Assembly (NCBI GenBank): GCA_028704195.1
Contig: JAQVLL010000002.1
Coordinates: 1-24,479 of the forward strand
From: Smithellaceae bacterium
GTDB lineage: Bacteria > Desulfobacterota > Syntrophia > Syntrophales > Smithellaceae
Length of the DNA: 24,479 nt
Direction: 5' to 3'
Shown here: piece after piece, positions 7,472 to 15,615 of the stretch
Layout of the letters: each line of letters opens with the position of its first letter
How positions within the stretch are numbered: the stretch's first letter is position 1
The notes under the pieces: model-generated
Told to the model about the DNA's origin: nothing
What the model saw: the letters and a program-made list of their open reading frames with translations, nothing else
Database searches by the model: none
Program-made: the position numbers and the translations under genes

Positions 7472-9235
7472 TCAACAGTCTCTTTTATGTGCCTTGACGA
7501 TCTGTGAACGGATCATGCGCGGAAGAATCAGATGATGTTGTGGACAGATGGAGCGCGGATTTTGATAAACGCAGTTGGCAAAGCCTACCAAATATTTGCG
7601 CAATTGATCATAACGCACGATCTCGTCGACGAAGCCCTTTTGGGCGCAATACAGCGGATTGGACGTGTCATCATAATGTTTAACCATTTCGTTCATCCTG
7701 TCGATCGTAGGTTGCAAAGACCGTCCGTCATCTTTTTCCTTGACCAGGCGTCGGGCGTATGTTGCCGCCGCCGCCGTTTCTCCGTGCATGACGTTGATCT
7801 CTGTCGCCGCCGTACCCAGCGAGAAGGCATTGTTGTTGTTGGCTACCGGTCCGCCCATGACATAATAGCCGGCCACGCTGCCTTTGCGCAGAACGATGAG
7901 CATCATTGCCAGCTGGGAATTTTCAATGGAATAAATCAGGGATTGTCCGAGGCCTAGCAGCTCTGCTTTTTCCGCATCATCACCAACGTCAATGCCACTG
8001 GTGTCCTGAATCCAGATGACAGGAATTTTATCTCGGGAACACAATGTGACAAATTCACTCATCTTGATCAAACCCTGGCGGTAGAGCCTGCCGCCCGTCC
8101 CTTCATAGGCTTTGGTGTACTCCGGATATTCCATGAAAGCTCCCTGCCGGTTGCCGATCACGCCTATCAGGTATCCATCGATCTTCACCAGGCCTGTATA
8201 GACTTCCGGGCCGAATCCGGGACAGAATTCCATGTGCTCGGAGCGGTCGACCAGTCTTGCCAGCACTTGCTCGAAATCATATACACTTTTTTTATCAACC
8301 GGAACAATCGAGGCAATTTCCGATGGCGGATATTTTGGCTGTGCAGGTTCGGCCACGCGGAAAAAGCGCGGCCTGAATGCGGGAAGATCGTCCATGTAAT
8401 CCCTGATGGCGTCGAGCACCTGTTTTTCTTCGTCAAAAACGGCACGGAAAAATCCGGTGACATCGTAATGAATTTTAACGCTGCCGGGCGGAACGGATTT
8501 AAAATGCCTGGTCGCGCTGATGATTTCCTCCGCCCGCGTTTCATTGTAGGTCCCTGCCGGATGGATGCCGCTGAGGATGCCGCCGCCACCCACAGCCATA
8601 TTCGCCTTCTTATGAGCAAGCAGAATCACCGGACTGACCGACTGGTAACCGCCGCCTGCAGGATTGGTGCCGTAGATACCGGCAATGACCGGGTTGCCCA
8701 TGATCTCCAGCTCTGCATGGCGATAGAAACAGGCCCCCTGACCCCGTTTTCCTGCATACACTTTTTCCTGTTCGGTGAGCTTGACGCCTGAACAGTTCAC
8801 CAGCCACACCAGCGGAATGTGCAGGAGTTTGGCGATGTCCGTGACCCGCAGGTTGTTGTCCGGCTGACCCGCGATCCACGCGCCCGCCATCCATTTGTTG
8901 TTGAAGCCGATGAGGACGCACCACTTGCCGCGGATGCGGGCCAGGCCGTCCACGACGCCGGTGCTTCCCGATTCCTCGTTCTCCGGATCAAAGATGCTGT
9001 GCAGCGGGCAGAAGGTCCCGGGATCCACCAGGTATTCGATGCGCTGCCAGACGCTCATCTCGCCGCGCTCGTTCAGTCTGGACAGTGGGACGCCTACGGT
9101 TTTGATACGCTCGACTTCGGCGTCGATTGCCTTCATGATTTCTTCGATCTTTGAGCAGTTTTCCCTCATGTTTTCGATTTCTATTTCGGAAAGCTGGCTT
9201 CCCAGCGGATCCATTTTTTCAAAATACTGCCTCAT
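7472..9235 (-). CDS. gcdA: Glutaconyl-CoA decarboxylase alpha-subunit-like carboxyltransferase (divergent)
   Basis: 587 aa; collinear with Acidaminococcus GcdA as recalled: GKWCVL, AGAW..GQ, VNCSGVK..EQEKVY, GIYGTNPAGGGY, QGLIKM, QDTSGIDVG..AEKAELLGLGQSLIYSI, GTAATEI.VM.GETAA. SD AGGAG. Confidence 0.82.
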   Translation of the reverse strand: MRQYFEKMDPLGSQLSEIEIENMRENCSKIEEIMKAIDAEVERIKTVGVPLSRLNERGEMSVWQRIEYLVDPGTFCPLHSIFDPENEESGSTGVVDGLARIRGKWCVLIGFNNKWMAGAWIAGQPDNNLRVTDIAKLLHIPLVWLVNCSGVKLTEQEKVYAGKRGQGACFYRHAELEIMGNPVIAGIYGTNPAGGGYQSVSPVILLAHKKANMAVGGGGILSGIHPAGTYNETRAEEIISATRHFKSVPPGSVKIHYDVTGFFRAVFDEEKQVLDAIRDYMDDLPAFRPRFFRVAEPAQPKYPPSEIASIVPVDKKSVYDFEQVLARLVDRSEHMEFCPGFGPEVYTGLVKIDGYLIGVIGNRQGAFMEYPEYTKAYEGTGGRLYRQGLIKMSEFVTLCSRDKIPVIWIQDTSGIDVGDDAEKAELLGLGQSLIYSIENSQLAMMLIVLRKGSVAGYYVMGGPVANNNNAFSLGTAATEINVMHGETAAAATYARRLVKEKDDGRSLQPTIDRMNEMVKHYDDTSNPLYCAQKGFVDEIVRYDQLRKYLVGFANCVYQNPRSICPQHHLILPRMIRSQIVKAHKRDC

Positions 9236-9255
9236 GGCTGACTCCTGTATCGGGG

Positions 9256-10413
9256 CTAAACCCGGTTTGGTGCAAATCCCATTGCCGCGTTGGCAACAAT
9301 CATGGTGTGCATGTTGGATGTTCCTTCCAGCGTTTCGAACTGCTTGGAGTCCCGCAGGAATCGCCCGCAGGGATATTCATCGGAATAGCCGAAGGAGCCG
9401 AACAGCTTCATGCATTCATTGGCGTCGTGAACAACAACTTTCGCACCGTATAGTTTGGACATGGAGGTTTCCATCACGTTGGGCATTCCTTTGTCCTTGA
9501 GCCAGGCAGCCTTGTACACCAGCGCCGCCAGGGTTTCGTGTCCGACTTTCATTTCCGCAACCTGCTGCTGAATCAGCTGGTACCTGCCGATCTGCTTTCC
9601 GAACTGACAGCGCTCCGTAGCGTATTTTGCAGAGGCGTCCAGGATCGCGCCGGAAAGGCCCAGTGCGCCCGCGGAGCAGCCCAGGCGTGTGGAATTGAGT
9701 TGCGTCATGCACATCTGGAACCCGCGGTTGAGCTTTCCAAGAAGAAGGCTTTTGGGTACTTTTACATCTTCAAAGGTGATCTCTGCCGTGTCGGCTGCCC
9801 ACAGTCCGACTTTATCGTTGATTTTTTTTCGGGTAACGCCGGGAAGGCTGTAGTCCATGATAAAGCAACTGATACCGTTGGCGCCCGCGTCCTTATCGGT
9901 TTTAACATACAGCAGACCGTGATTGGTGACGGTTCCGTTGGTGATCCACATTTTGTTTCCGTTGAGCAGATAGTAATCGCCTTTATCATCAGCGTGGCAT
10001 TTCATTGAAGCGACGTCGGAGCCGATATCCGGTTCGGTCATGGCAAAGCTGCCGATGTATTCACCGCTGACGAATTTTGGAATATAATGCTGCTTCTGCT
10101 CTTGGGTGCCGAATTTCTGGATGGTCAGCGCAGGGCCCCAGCACTGCATGTTGAAGGCCATCCGCCAAGAGGTGTGCACTTTGGCGATTTGTTCAATAGC
10201 CAGAGCACCTTCCAGGAAGCCCATGCCATTGCCGCCGTACTTTTCGTCGATGGAGAAGCCGAAAAAACCCAGCTCGGCCATCTTGTCGAATATTTCTTTG
10301 CGCCAGAAATGATTTTTCTCATCTTCCTCTACATGCGGCGCGATCTCTTTTTCGGCAAAACTTCTGGCCGTGTCCTGAATCATCGTTTGTTCTTCTGTTA
10401 ATGCGAAATTCAT
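9256..10413 (-). CDS. Acyl-CoA dehydrogenase resembling non-decarboxylating glutaryl-CoA dehydrogenase (385 aa)
   Basis: Start moved to the ATG at 10413 (SD GGAGGA). FAMTEPDIGSD, NGNKMWITN and catalytic E363 (TLEGTSN). R84/N88 match the carboxylate-binding R87/N91 of the Desulfococcus enzyme; C-terminal NR; 20 bp upstream of gcdA. Confidence 0.8.
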   Translation of the reverse strand: MNFALTEEQTMIQDTARSFAEKEIAPHVEEDEKNHFWRKEIFDKMAELGFFGFSIDEKYGGNGMGFLEGALAIEQIAKVHTSWRMAFNMQCWGPALTIQKFGTQEQKQHYIPKFVSGEYIGSFAMTEPDIGSDVASMKCHADDKGDYYLLNGNKMWITNGTVTNHGLLYVKTDKDAGANGISCFIMDYSLPGVTRKKINDKVGLWAADTAEITFEDVKVPKSLLLGKLNRGFQMCMTQLNSTRLGCSAGALGLSGAILDASAKYATERCQFGKQIGRYQLIQQQVAEMKVGHETLAALVYKAAWLKDKGMPNVMETSMSKLYGAKVVVHDANECMKLFGSFGYSDEYPCGRFLRDSKQFETLEGTSNMHTMIVANAAMGFAPNRV

Positions 10414-10560
10414 ATTGTTTATCCTCCGAGGCTTTTTCCTGTTGCCATTGCGAGCAGACCCTTGGTCTGCGCTGCAATCCCTAAAGCATAGGGAAGGGTT
10501 TGAATAACCTGACCACCTGAAGGTGGTGCGAGACCACGCGACCATTCCCTGTGATAAATG
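10414..10560 (-). other. Highly structured intergenic RNA segment (4 stems, alternative pairings)
   Basis: Perfect stems at 10454-10470 (GCAGACC/GGTCTGC), 10478-10494 (TCCCTA/TAGGGA) and 10512-10527 (ACCACCT/AGGTGGT); long-range pairing 10541-10550 with 10490-10499. Confidence 0.55.
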
Positions 10561-11829
10561 TTATTTTCGTTCAATAATTACGCATATTCCCTGACCGCCG
10601 CCGCCACAGATCGTTTCCAGTCCGAAACGCTTATCTGACCGCACCATTTCGTTGATCAGTGTGGTAAGGCGCATCGTGCCGGTTGCTCCGATGGGATGGC
10701 CGAGTGAAATGCCCGATCCGTTTACATTGACCTTCGCATCCATCTGCTCGTCGGAAATCCCCGAGAGTCTTGCATCCGCAAGGCACTGGACGGCAAAGGC
10801 TTCCTGTACTTCAATCAGGTCCATCTGATCGATGGTTGCGTTGATCTTTTTCAGCGCTTTTTCCACGGCCCCCGGAACCGCGGGGTAGGTAATAGTGGGG
10901 TCTGTGGCCGCTACAGCGCAGGAGCGAAAATAGGCCAGGGGTTTTACGCCCAGCTCTTTCGCTTTCTTTTCAGAAGCCATCACAACCACGGCCGCGCCGT
11001 CATTTTCCGACGATGAATTGCCCGCGGTGCAGATACCATCCTGATAAACAGGTTTCAGTTTGGCCAGGCGCTCCAGCGTGGTTTCCCGGCGCGGTCCCTC
11101 ATCTGTTTTCAGGTAAACCGTTTCACCGCTTTTTTTGTCAAGGCCTATGGGCACAGGAACAATTTCATCGGCGAACTTGCCAGCGTCCTGTGCCGCGATT
11201 GCTCTCTTATGGCTGCGCAGCGCCCAGCGGTCAGCTTCTTCGCGGGTGATTTTTTCTCTTTTGGCCGCCGTTTCAGCCCAGGTCATCATCGAGCTCAGTT
11301 CCCCGTAGCGCGCGATGGGCTGAGACATGACCCGCCCGCGCTGGATACGGTCATAAAAAGGAATGCCCCACATTGCCAGCGCTCCGTGGCCGCGGGGCAT
11401 GAACCCGTATTTTTCATGGTTTTTCCCGCCCAGTCCCCACTTGATGTCTCCGGGAATGTATAATTCTCCCTGGCTCATGGATTCCATGCCGCCGGCAATG
11501 ACCAGTTCGGCATTGCCTGTCTGGATTTTCATGGCTCCGTAAAAGATGGTATCCAGCCCCGAGCAGCAGCGTCTGTCCAGCATGATCCCCGGGATGGTGT
11601 CCGGCCAGCCTGCATCAAGCACGGCCATACGCGCTCCGTTGGCGCACTCGCCGTTCTGGTAGGCCGATCCCATGATGACATCATCAATGATGGCCGGATC
11701 GATCCCCGTTTTTTTTATTGCCGCCTGTAAAACAAGGCTTGCCAGCCGGTAAACAGGCACATCCCTGAACGCACCTCCGTATGCGCCGATGGGCGTACGC
11801 GCGCAACTGATAAAAACCACATTTTCCAT
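10561..11829 (-). CDS. Acetyl-CoA C-acyltransferase (thiolase)
   Basis: Start moved to the ATG at 11829 (SD GAGGTG). Catalytic Cys (DRRCCSG), NSSSENDGAA, QEAFA, NVNGSGISLGHPIGATG and C-terminal ICGGGGQG. Confidence 0.95.
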   Translation of the reverse strand: MENVVFISCARTPIGAYGGAFRDVPVYRLASLVLQAAIKKTGIDPAIIDDVIMGSAYQNGECANGARMAVLDAGWPDTIPGIMLDRRCCSGLDTIFYGAMKIQTGNAELVIAGGMESMSQGELYIPGDIKWGLGGKNHEKYGFMPRGHGALAMWGIPFYDRIQRGRVMSQPIARYGELSSMMTWAETAAKREKITREEADRWALRSHKRAIAAQDAGKFADEIVPVPIGLDKKSGETVYLKTDEGPRRETTLERLAKLKPVYQDGICTAGNSSSENDGAAVVVMASEKKAKELGVKPLAYFRSCAVAATDPTITYPAVPGAVEKALKKINATIDQMDLIEVQEAFAVQCLADARLSGISDEQMDAKVNVNGSGISLGHPIGATGTMRLTTLINEMVRSDKRFGLETICGGGGQGICVIIERK

Positions 11830-11881
11830 AAACCGCACCTCGATAGATGAATTGACGTTTTCTTATGTATCTTTCCTTTGT

Positions 11882-13549
11882 TCAGGCCACCGTTTCCACT
11901 CGCGGATCTGTTTGATAGACGGGGCTGTACATCTTTGATTTAATGAATCCCGGTAAATCTGATGGTTCTTTCATCGCAGTGAGTCGCCTGGCAAATGCCA
12001 GCCTGGCAACGGTTGTCGCAATATGGAGGGACACTTCTCGAATGCGTGACAGTGACGGAAAAATCCTGCCCAGTTCCAAATCCTCTGTGGTTGCTTTCTT
12101 GGCCACGCACGCGGCAGCCACGGAAAACATTTCATCCGTTACCCGGGTTGATTCTGAAGCCAGAACGCCCAGCCCGACACCGGGGAATATATAGACATTG
12201 TTTGCCTGGCCCGGAATAAAATTCTGACCATTGATAACGACCGGCGGAAAGGGACTTCCGCTTGCAAATACCGCGTGTCCGTTTGTGTGGCTGTATGCGT
12301 CCTGTGCTGAGCATTCCGATCGTGAGGTCGGATTGGAAAGTGCAAACACAATGGGACGTTCATTCCATTTGGCCATGGCCTGTAAAATCTCCGGGGTGAA
12401 TGCCCCGGACTGCCCTGATGCTCCGATGATGGCGGTTGGTTTGATGGCATTGACCGCGGAGAAAAGATCGCGATGGAAGGGAAAGTCGTGGGCAAAGCGG
12501 CTTTTGTGCTGCACAAGGTCCGTTCGGCTCTCGACAACCAGTCCTTGGGAATCAACAAACCAGCAGCGGCCACGGGCTTCATTTTCAGAAAGACCCTGAT
12601 TAATCATGGAGGTGACTACCAGATTTCCGATCCCCAGGGCAGCCTCTCCCGCTCCCAGAAACACCAGTTTTTGGTCGGTCATTTTACCGCCGGTCATGCA
12701 CAGTGCCGAATACAACCCGGCCAGTGCCACACCGGCTGTACCCTGGATGTCGTCGTCGAACATGCAGTAGCGATCCCGGTAACGGTCAAGCAGCCGGAAG
12801 GCGTTTTTGTTGCCGAAGTCTTCGAACTGAATCATGACATGAGGGAATGTTTTGCTGGCTGCCTCCATAAACTCATCCAGGAGAGCATCGTATTCCTCCC
12901 CCTGCAGGCGTTCCTCCGGCAGACCGATATATTCCGGGTCACTCCAAAGCCCTTTGTTGCCGGTGCCGACATCGATCATGACCGGCAGGCATGCGTTGGG
13001 CGCGATGCCCGCACAGGCCGTGTAAAGTGACAGCTTGCCCACGGGAATTCCCATACCGTTGGAACCAAGATCGCCAAGTCCCAGGATGCGTTCGCCGTCT
13101 GTTACCACAAGGATGCGAACTTCCTTGTGTGGCCAGTTGCGCAGAATGCTCCTGATGTGGCCGCGATGATGCTTTGTAATGAAGATTCCACGGGGGCGAC
13201 GGAAAACTTTGCTGTATTCCTGGCAGGCCAGTCCAACGGTCGGCGTATAGATAATAGGGCTCAGTTCTTCGAGGTGCTCGATGAGTGTTTTGTAGAACAA
13301 CTGCTCATTGCGATCCTGCAGACCGATCAGATAAAGGTATTTTTCAAGGTTGCTGGGTTTGCGGCGGACATTGTTCATGATGTGCTGAACCTGCTGCTGC
13401 TGAGAAGAAATAATCGGCGGCAGCAATCCTTCGAGTCCCAGTGCTTTACGCTCAGCAGCGGTGAAGGCGGTGCCTTTATTCAAGGCGGGATCATGCAGTA
13501 AATCGATCCCCAGGGGAAGTTCCTCAAGACCTGATGGATGTTTTGCCAT
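11882..13549 (-). CDS. Malic enzyme, large (MaeA/eukaryote-like) type, possibly NADP-preferring
   Basis: 555 aa; NKGTAFT..ER..LGLEGLLPP, IYTPTVGLAC, VTDGERILGLGDLG, IQFEDF, DDIQGT, GAGEAA, ALSNPT..SEC and GQANNVYIFPG. Confidence 0.95.
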   Translation of the reverse strand: MAKHPSGLEELPLGIDLLHDPALNKGTAFTAAERKALGLEGLLPPIISSQQQQVQHIMNNVRRKPSNLEKYLYLIGLQDRNEQLFYKTLIEHLEELSPIIYTPTVGLACQEYSKVFRRPRGIFITKHHRGHIRSILRNWPHKEVRILVVTDGERILGLGDLGSNGMGIPVGKLSLYTACAGIAPNACLPVMIDVGTGNKGLWSDPEYIGLPEERLQGEEYDALLDEFMEAASKTFPHVMIQFEDFGNKNAFRLLDRYRDRYCMFDDDIQGTAGVALAGLYSALCMTGGKMTDQKLVFLGAGEAALGIGNLVVTSMINQGLSENEARGRCWFVDSQGLVVESRTDLVQHKSRFAHDFPFHRDLFSAVNAIKPTAIIGASGQSGAFTPEILQAMAKWNERPIVFALSNPTSRSECSAQDAYSHTNGHAVFASGSPFPPVVINGQNFIPGQANNVYIFPGVGLGVLASESTRVTDEMFSVAAACVAKKATTEDLELGRIFPSLSRIREVSLHIATTVARLAFARRLTAMKEPSDLPGFIKSKMYSPVYQTDPRVETVA

Positions 13550-13596
13550 ACGGATCTTATCTCCATTCCCTAAGATACAGTCTGTTCGATGTTGTC

Positions 13597-13625
13597 ATTA
13601 TATTTTGTTTGCAGATATTTTTCCA
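13597..13625 (-). promoter_or_regulatory. Candidate internal promoter upstream of malic enzyme (sigma54-like TGGAAAA-N4-CTGCA overlapping sigma70-like TGGAAA-N17-TATAAT)
   Basis: GG/GC at exact -24/-12 spacing (13625-13610) and TATAAT at 13602-13597, in a 180-bp intergenic gap. Confidence 0.4.
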
Positions 13626-13729
13626 TTGTTTAAAGGAATATATCCGCTCCTTTGGATTATTTATCGTTTCAATCCCGGTTATGATTGCCTTTTTCCTTCT
13701 ACCTGTCCGGCCTTTCCTGTTGTAAAAGA

Positions 13730-15565
13730 TCAACTGACGATCAATGCTTCTTCCGGACAGGTGAGGACAGAATCTTCTTCGCTCTTGATGAGAGCGGCCA
13801 GCACAGGTGTTCCCGGCAGGATGTTGTTGAGGTAATACCTGGCTGATGCAATCTTTCCCTGGTAGTAATTGTAGTCCGCCTCACCTTCTGTTAACGTATC
13901 AAGCTTAGAGGCGGCAATCCTGGCCTGATCCATCAGGCACATCGACACGTACACTTTTGCGAATACAAACAAGGCCCGGATGGCATACAGCGGAATCAAC
14001 CGGCGTTTGTTTTTCAGATCGGCGTACCAGGAATCATAGGTCGCTCTTACATCAGCCGCTGCCTGATATCCTTTGTCCAACTGACTCATCTCTTTTTCAA
14101 AATTCGGCATATTCATGTTCGCGTCGATGAAGGACCTGATGTCCTGCATCCAGGCAGTAAAAGTAGTTCCTTCTTTCATGCGCATTTTGCGTCCGATCAG
14201 GTCATTGGCGTGAATAAACGAAGTGCCTTCCCAAATGGAAAGAATTTTGGAATCCCGCAGGTACTGTTCAACGGGATATTCCTGCGTGTATCCCACACCT
14301 CCCAGTACCTGAATCGCCTGAGTGATCACACCGACACTTGCCTCACTTCCGTAACACTTAACCAGCGGTGTCAGAATTTCCGCAAACGAACCGCATCTTT
14401 TCGCTTTTTCTTTATCGGGGGAATTATTCTCAATGTCCAGGTAGTAAAATCCCTTAAAGATCATGGCGCGGATGCCTTCAACATGGGCTTTCATATCCAA
14501 AAGCATCCGGCGAATGTCTTCATGCCTGATAATGGGCACGCGCTCGGCTCCTTTAACACCAAACGGTCTTCCCTGAATCCGTTCTGTTGCGTACTGCGAA
14601 GCAAAATAGCAGGCGGCGGCTCCCTGGGTATTGGCGTTATGGCCCGTTCCGATGCGCGACTCGTTCATCATATGGAACATCATGGCCAGTCCCTGGGAAA
14701 ATCCATTTGCGTCAGGCGCGGGTCCAAGCATAATGCCCCGGCAATTGTCTTCATCACCAAAATTTAAAAGAGTTGTTGCCTGGGCGTGCAACCCCATTTT
14801 ATGTTCAATCCCCACGGTAGTGACATCATTGGAGTCCCCCATAGATCCGTCATCATTCACCCAGTATTTGGGTACTATATAAAGACCGATTCCAGGAGAA
14901 CCCATGGCTCCTCCTTCAGGTCTTGCCAGCACCAGGTGGATGGTGTTTGCACACGTGCCCTGATCGCCGGCGGTGATGAACATCTTGGTTCCCTTGATTT
15001 TCCAAATGCGGGGATCATGGGTGGGGTAGGAACGGGTAATAATATCAACTATATCGGAGCCGAAATTGGGTTCGGTCAGGCACATCGTTCCCTGCCAGTA
15101 TCCTCCCAGCATTTTTGAGACAAACATGTCCTGATCCTTCTTTGTGCCGAAACGAAAAATCAAATTCGCCGCTCCCGAAGTAAGCTTTACACAGGAAGTC
15201 AGTGCCGGGCAGGCTGCCGTGTTGATTTCAGCATTAGCCTTGTACAGCATCAGCGGCATCCCTGTTTCTACCTTAATGCACTCACTTGATGATCCCCAGC
15301 CGTTTTGCTGCAGATATTGGTATGCCTCCTTGAAGCCGGGCGCCGGTGTTACAACGCCTTTGTCAAATTTGACGCCGATCTTGTCGCCCGGTGCGTTGAT
15401 GGGATGAACAATTTCCCTGGATACTTTGTAACCTTCATTGAGCAGCATATCGACATCGTCAAGCGTGAAATTGCCCTTGAATCGATCGCACGACAAGACT
15501 TCCTCTGTCGGAAGCCATTCTTTTAAAATAAACTTTAAATCCCTGATGTCATATTTAAATTCCAT
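13730..15565 (-). CDS. Long-type (~600 aa, FadE5/DmdC-like) acyl-CoA dehydrogenase
   Basis: 611 aa; GTMCLTEPNFGSD, IKGTKMFIT.G, IHLVLAR, IEHKMG, MFHMMNESR, LTPLVK, QAIQVLGGVGY..EYPVEQY.RD and catalytic IWEGT. Confidence 0.93.
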   Translation of the reverse strand: MEFKYDIRDLKFILKEWLPTEEVLSCDRFKGNFTLDDVDMLLNEGYKVSREIVHPINAPGDKIGVKFDKGVVTPAPGFKEAYQYLQQNGWGSSSECIKVETGMPLMLYKANAEINTAACPALTSCVKLTSGAANLIFRFGTKKDQDMFVSKMLGGYWQGTMCLTEPNFGSDIVDIITRSYPTHDPRIWKIKGTKMFITAGDQGTCANTIHLVLARPEGGAMGSPGIGLYIVPKYWVNDDGSMGDSNDVTTVGIEHKMGLHAQATTLLNFGDEDNCRGIMLGPAPDANGFSQGLAMMFHMMNESRIGTGHNANTQGAAACYFASQYATERIQGRPFGVKGAERVPIIRHEDIRRMLLDMKAHVEGIRAMIFKGFYYLDIENNSPDKEKAKRCGSFAEILTPLVKCYGSEASVGVITQAIQVLGGVGYTQEYPVEQYLRDSKILSIWEGTSFIHANDLIGRKMRMKEGTTFTAWMQDIRSFIDANMNMPNFEKEMSQLDKGYQAAADVRATYDSWYADLKNKRRLIPLYAIRALFVFAKVYVSMCLMDQARIAASKLDTLTEGEADYNYYQGKIASARYYLNNILPGTPVLAALIKSEEDSVLTCPEEALIVS

Positions 15566-15615
15566 GACGTGTTTCCTTATTGATTCTGCCTCAGGTCCAT
15601 GTAATCCGTTCAGGC

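Noticed and set aside
10414-10545. 44-aa N-terminal extension of the GDH-like ORF
   Set aside because: The ACAD fold starts at MNFALTEEQ (10413) with a GGAGGA SD; the extension only spans the structured spacer.
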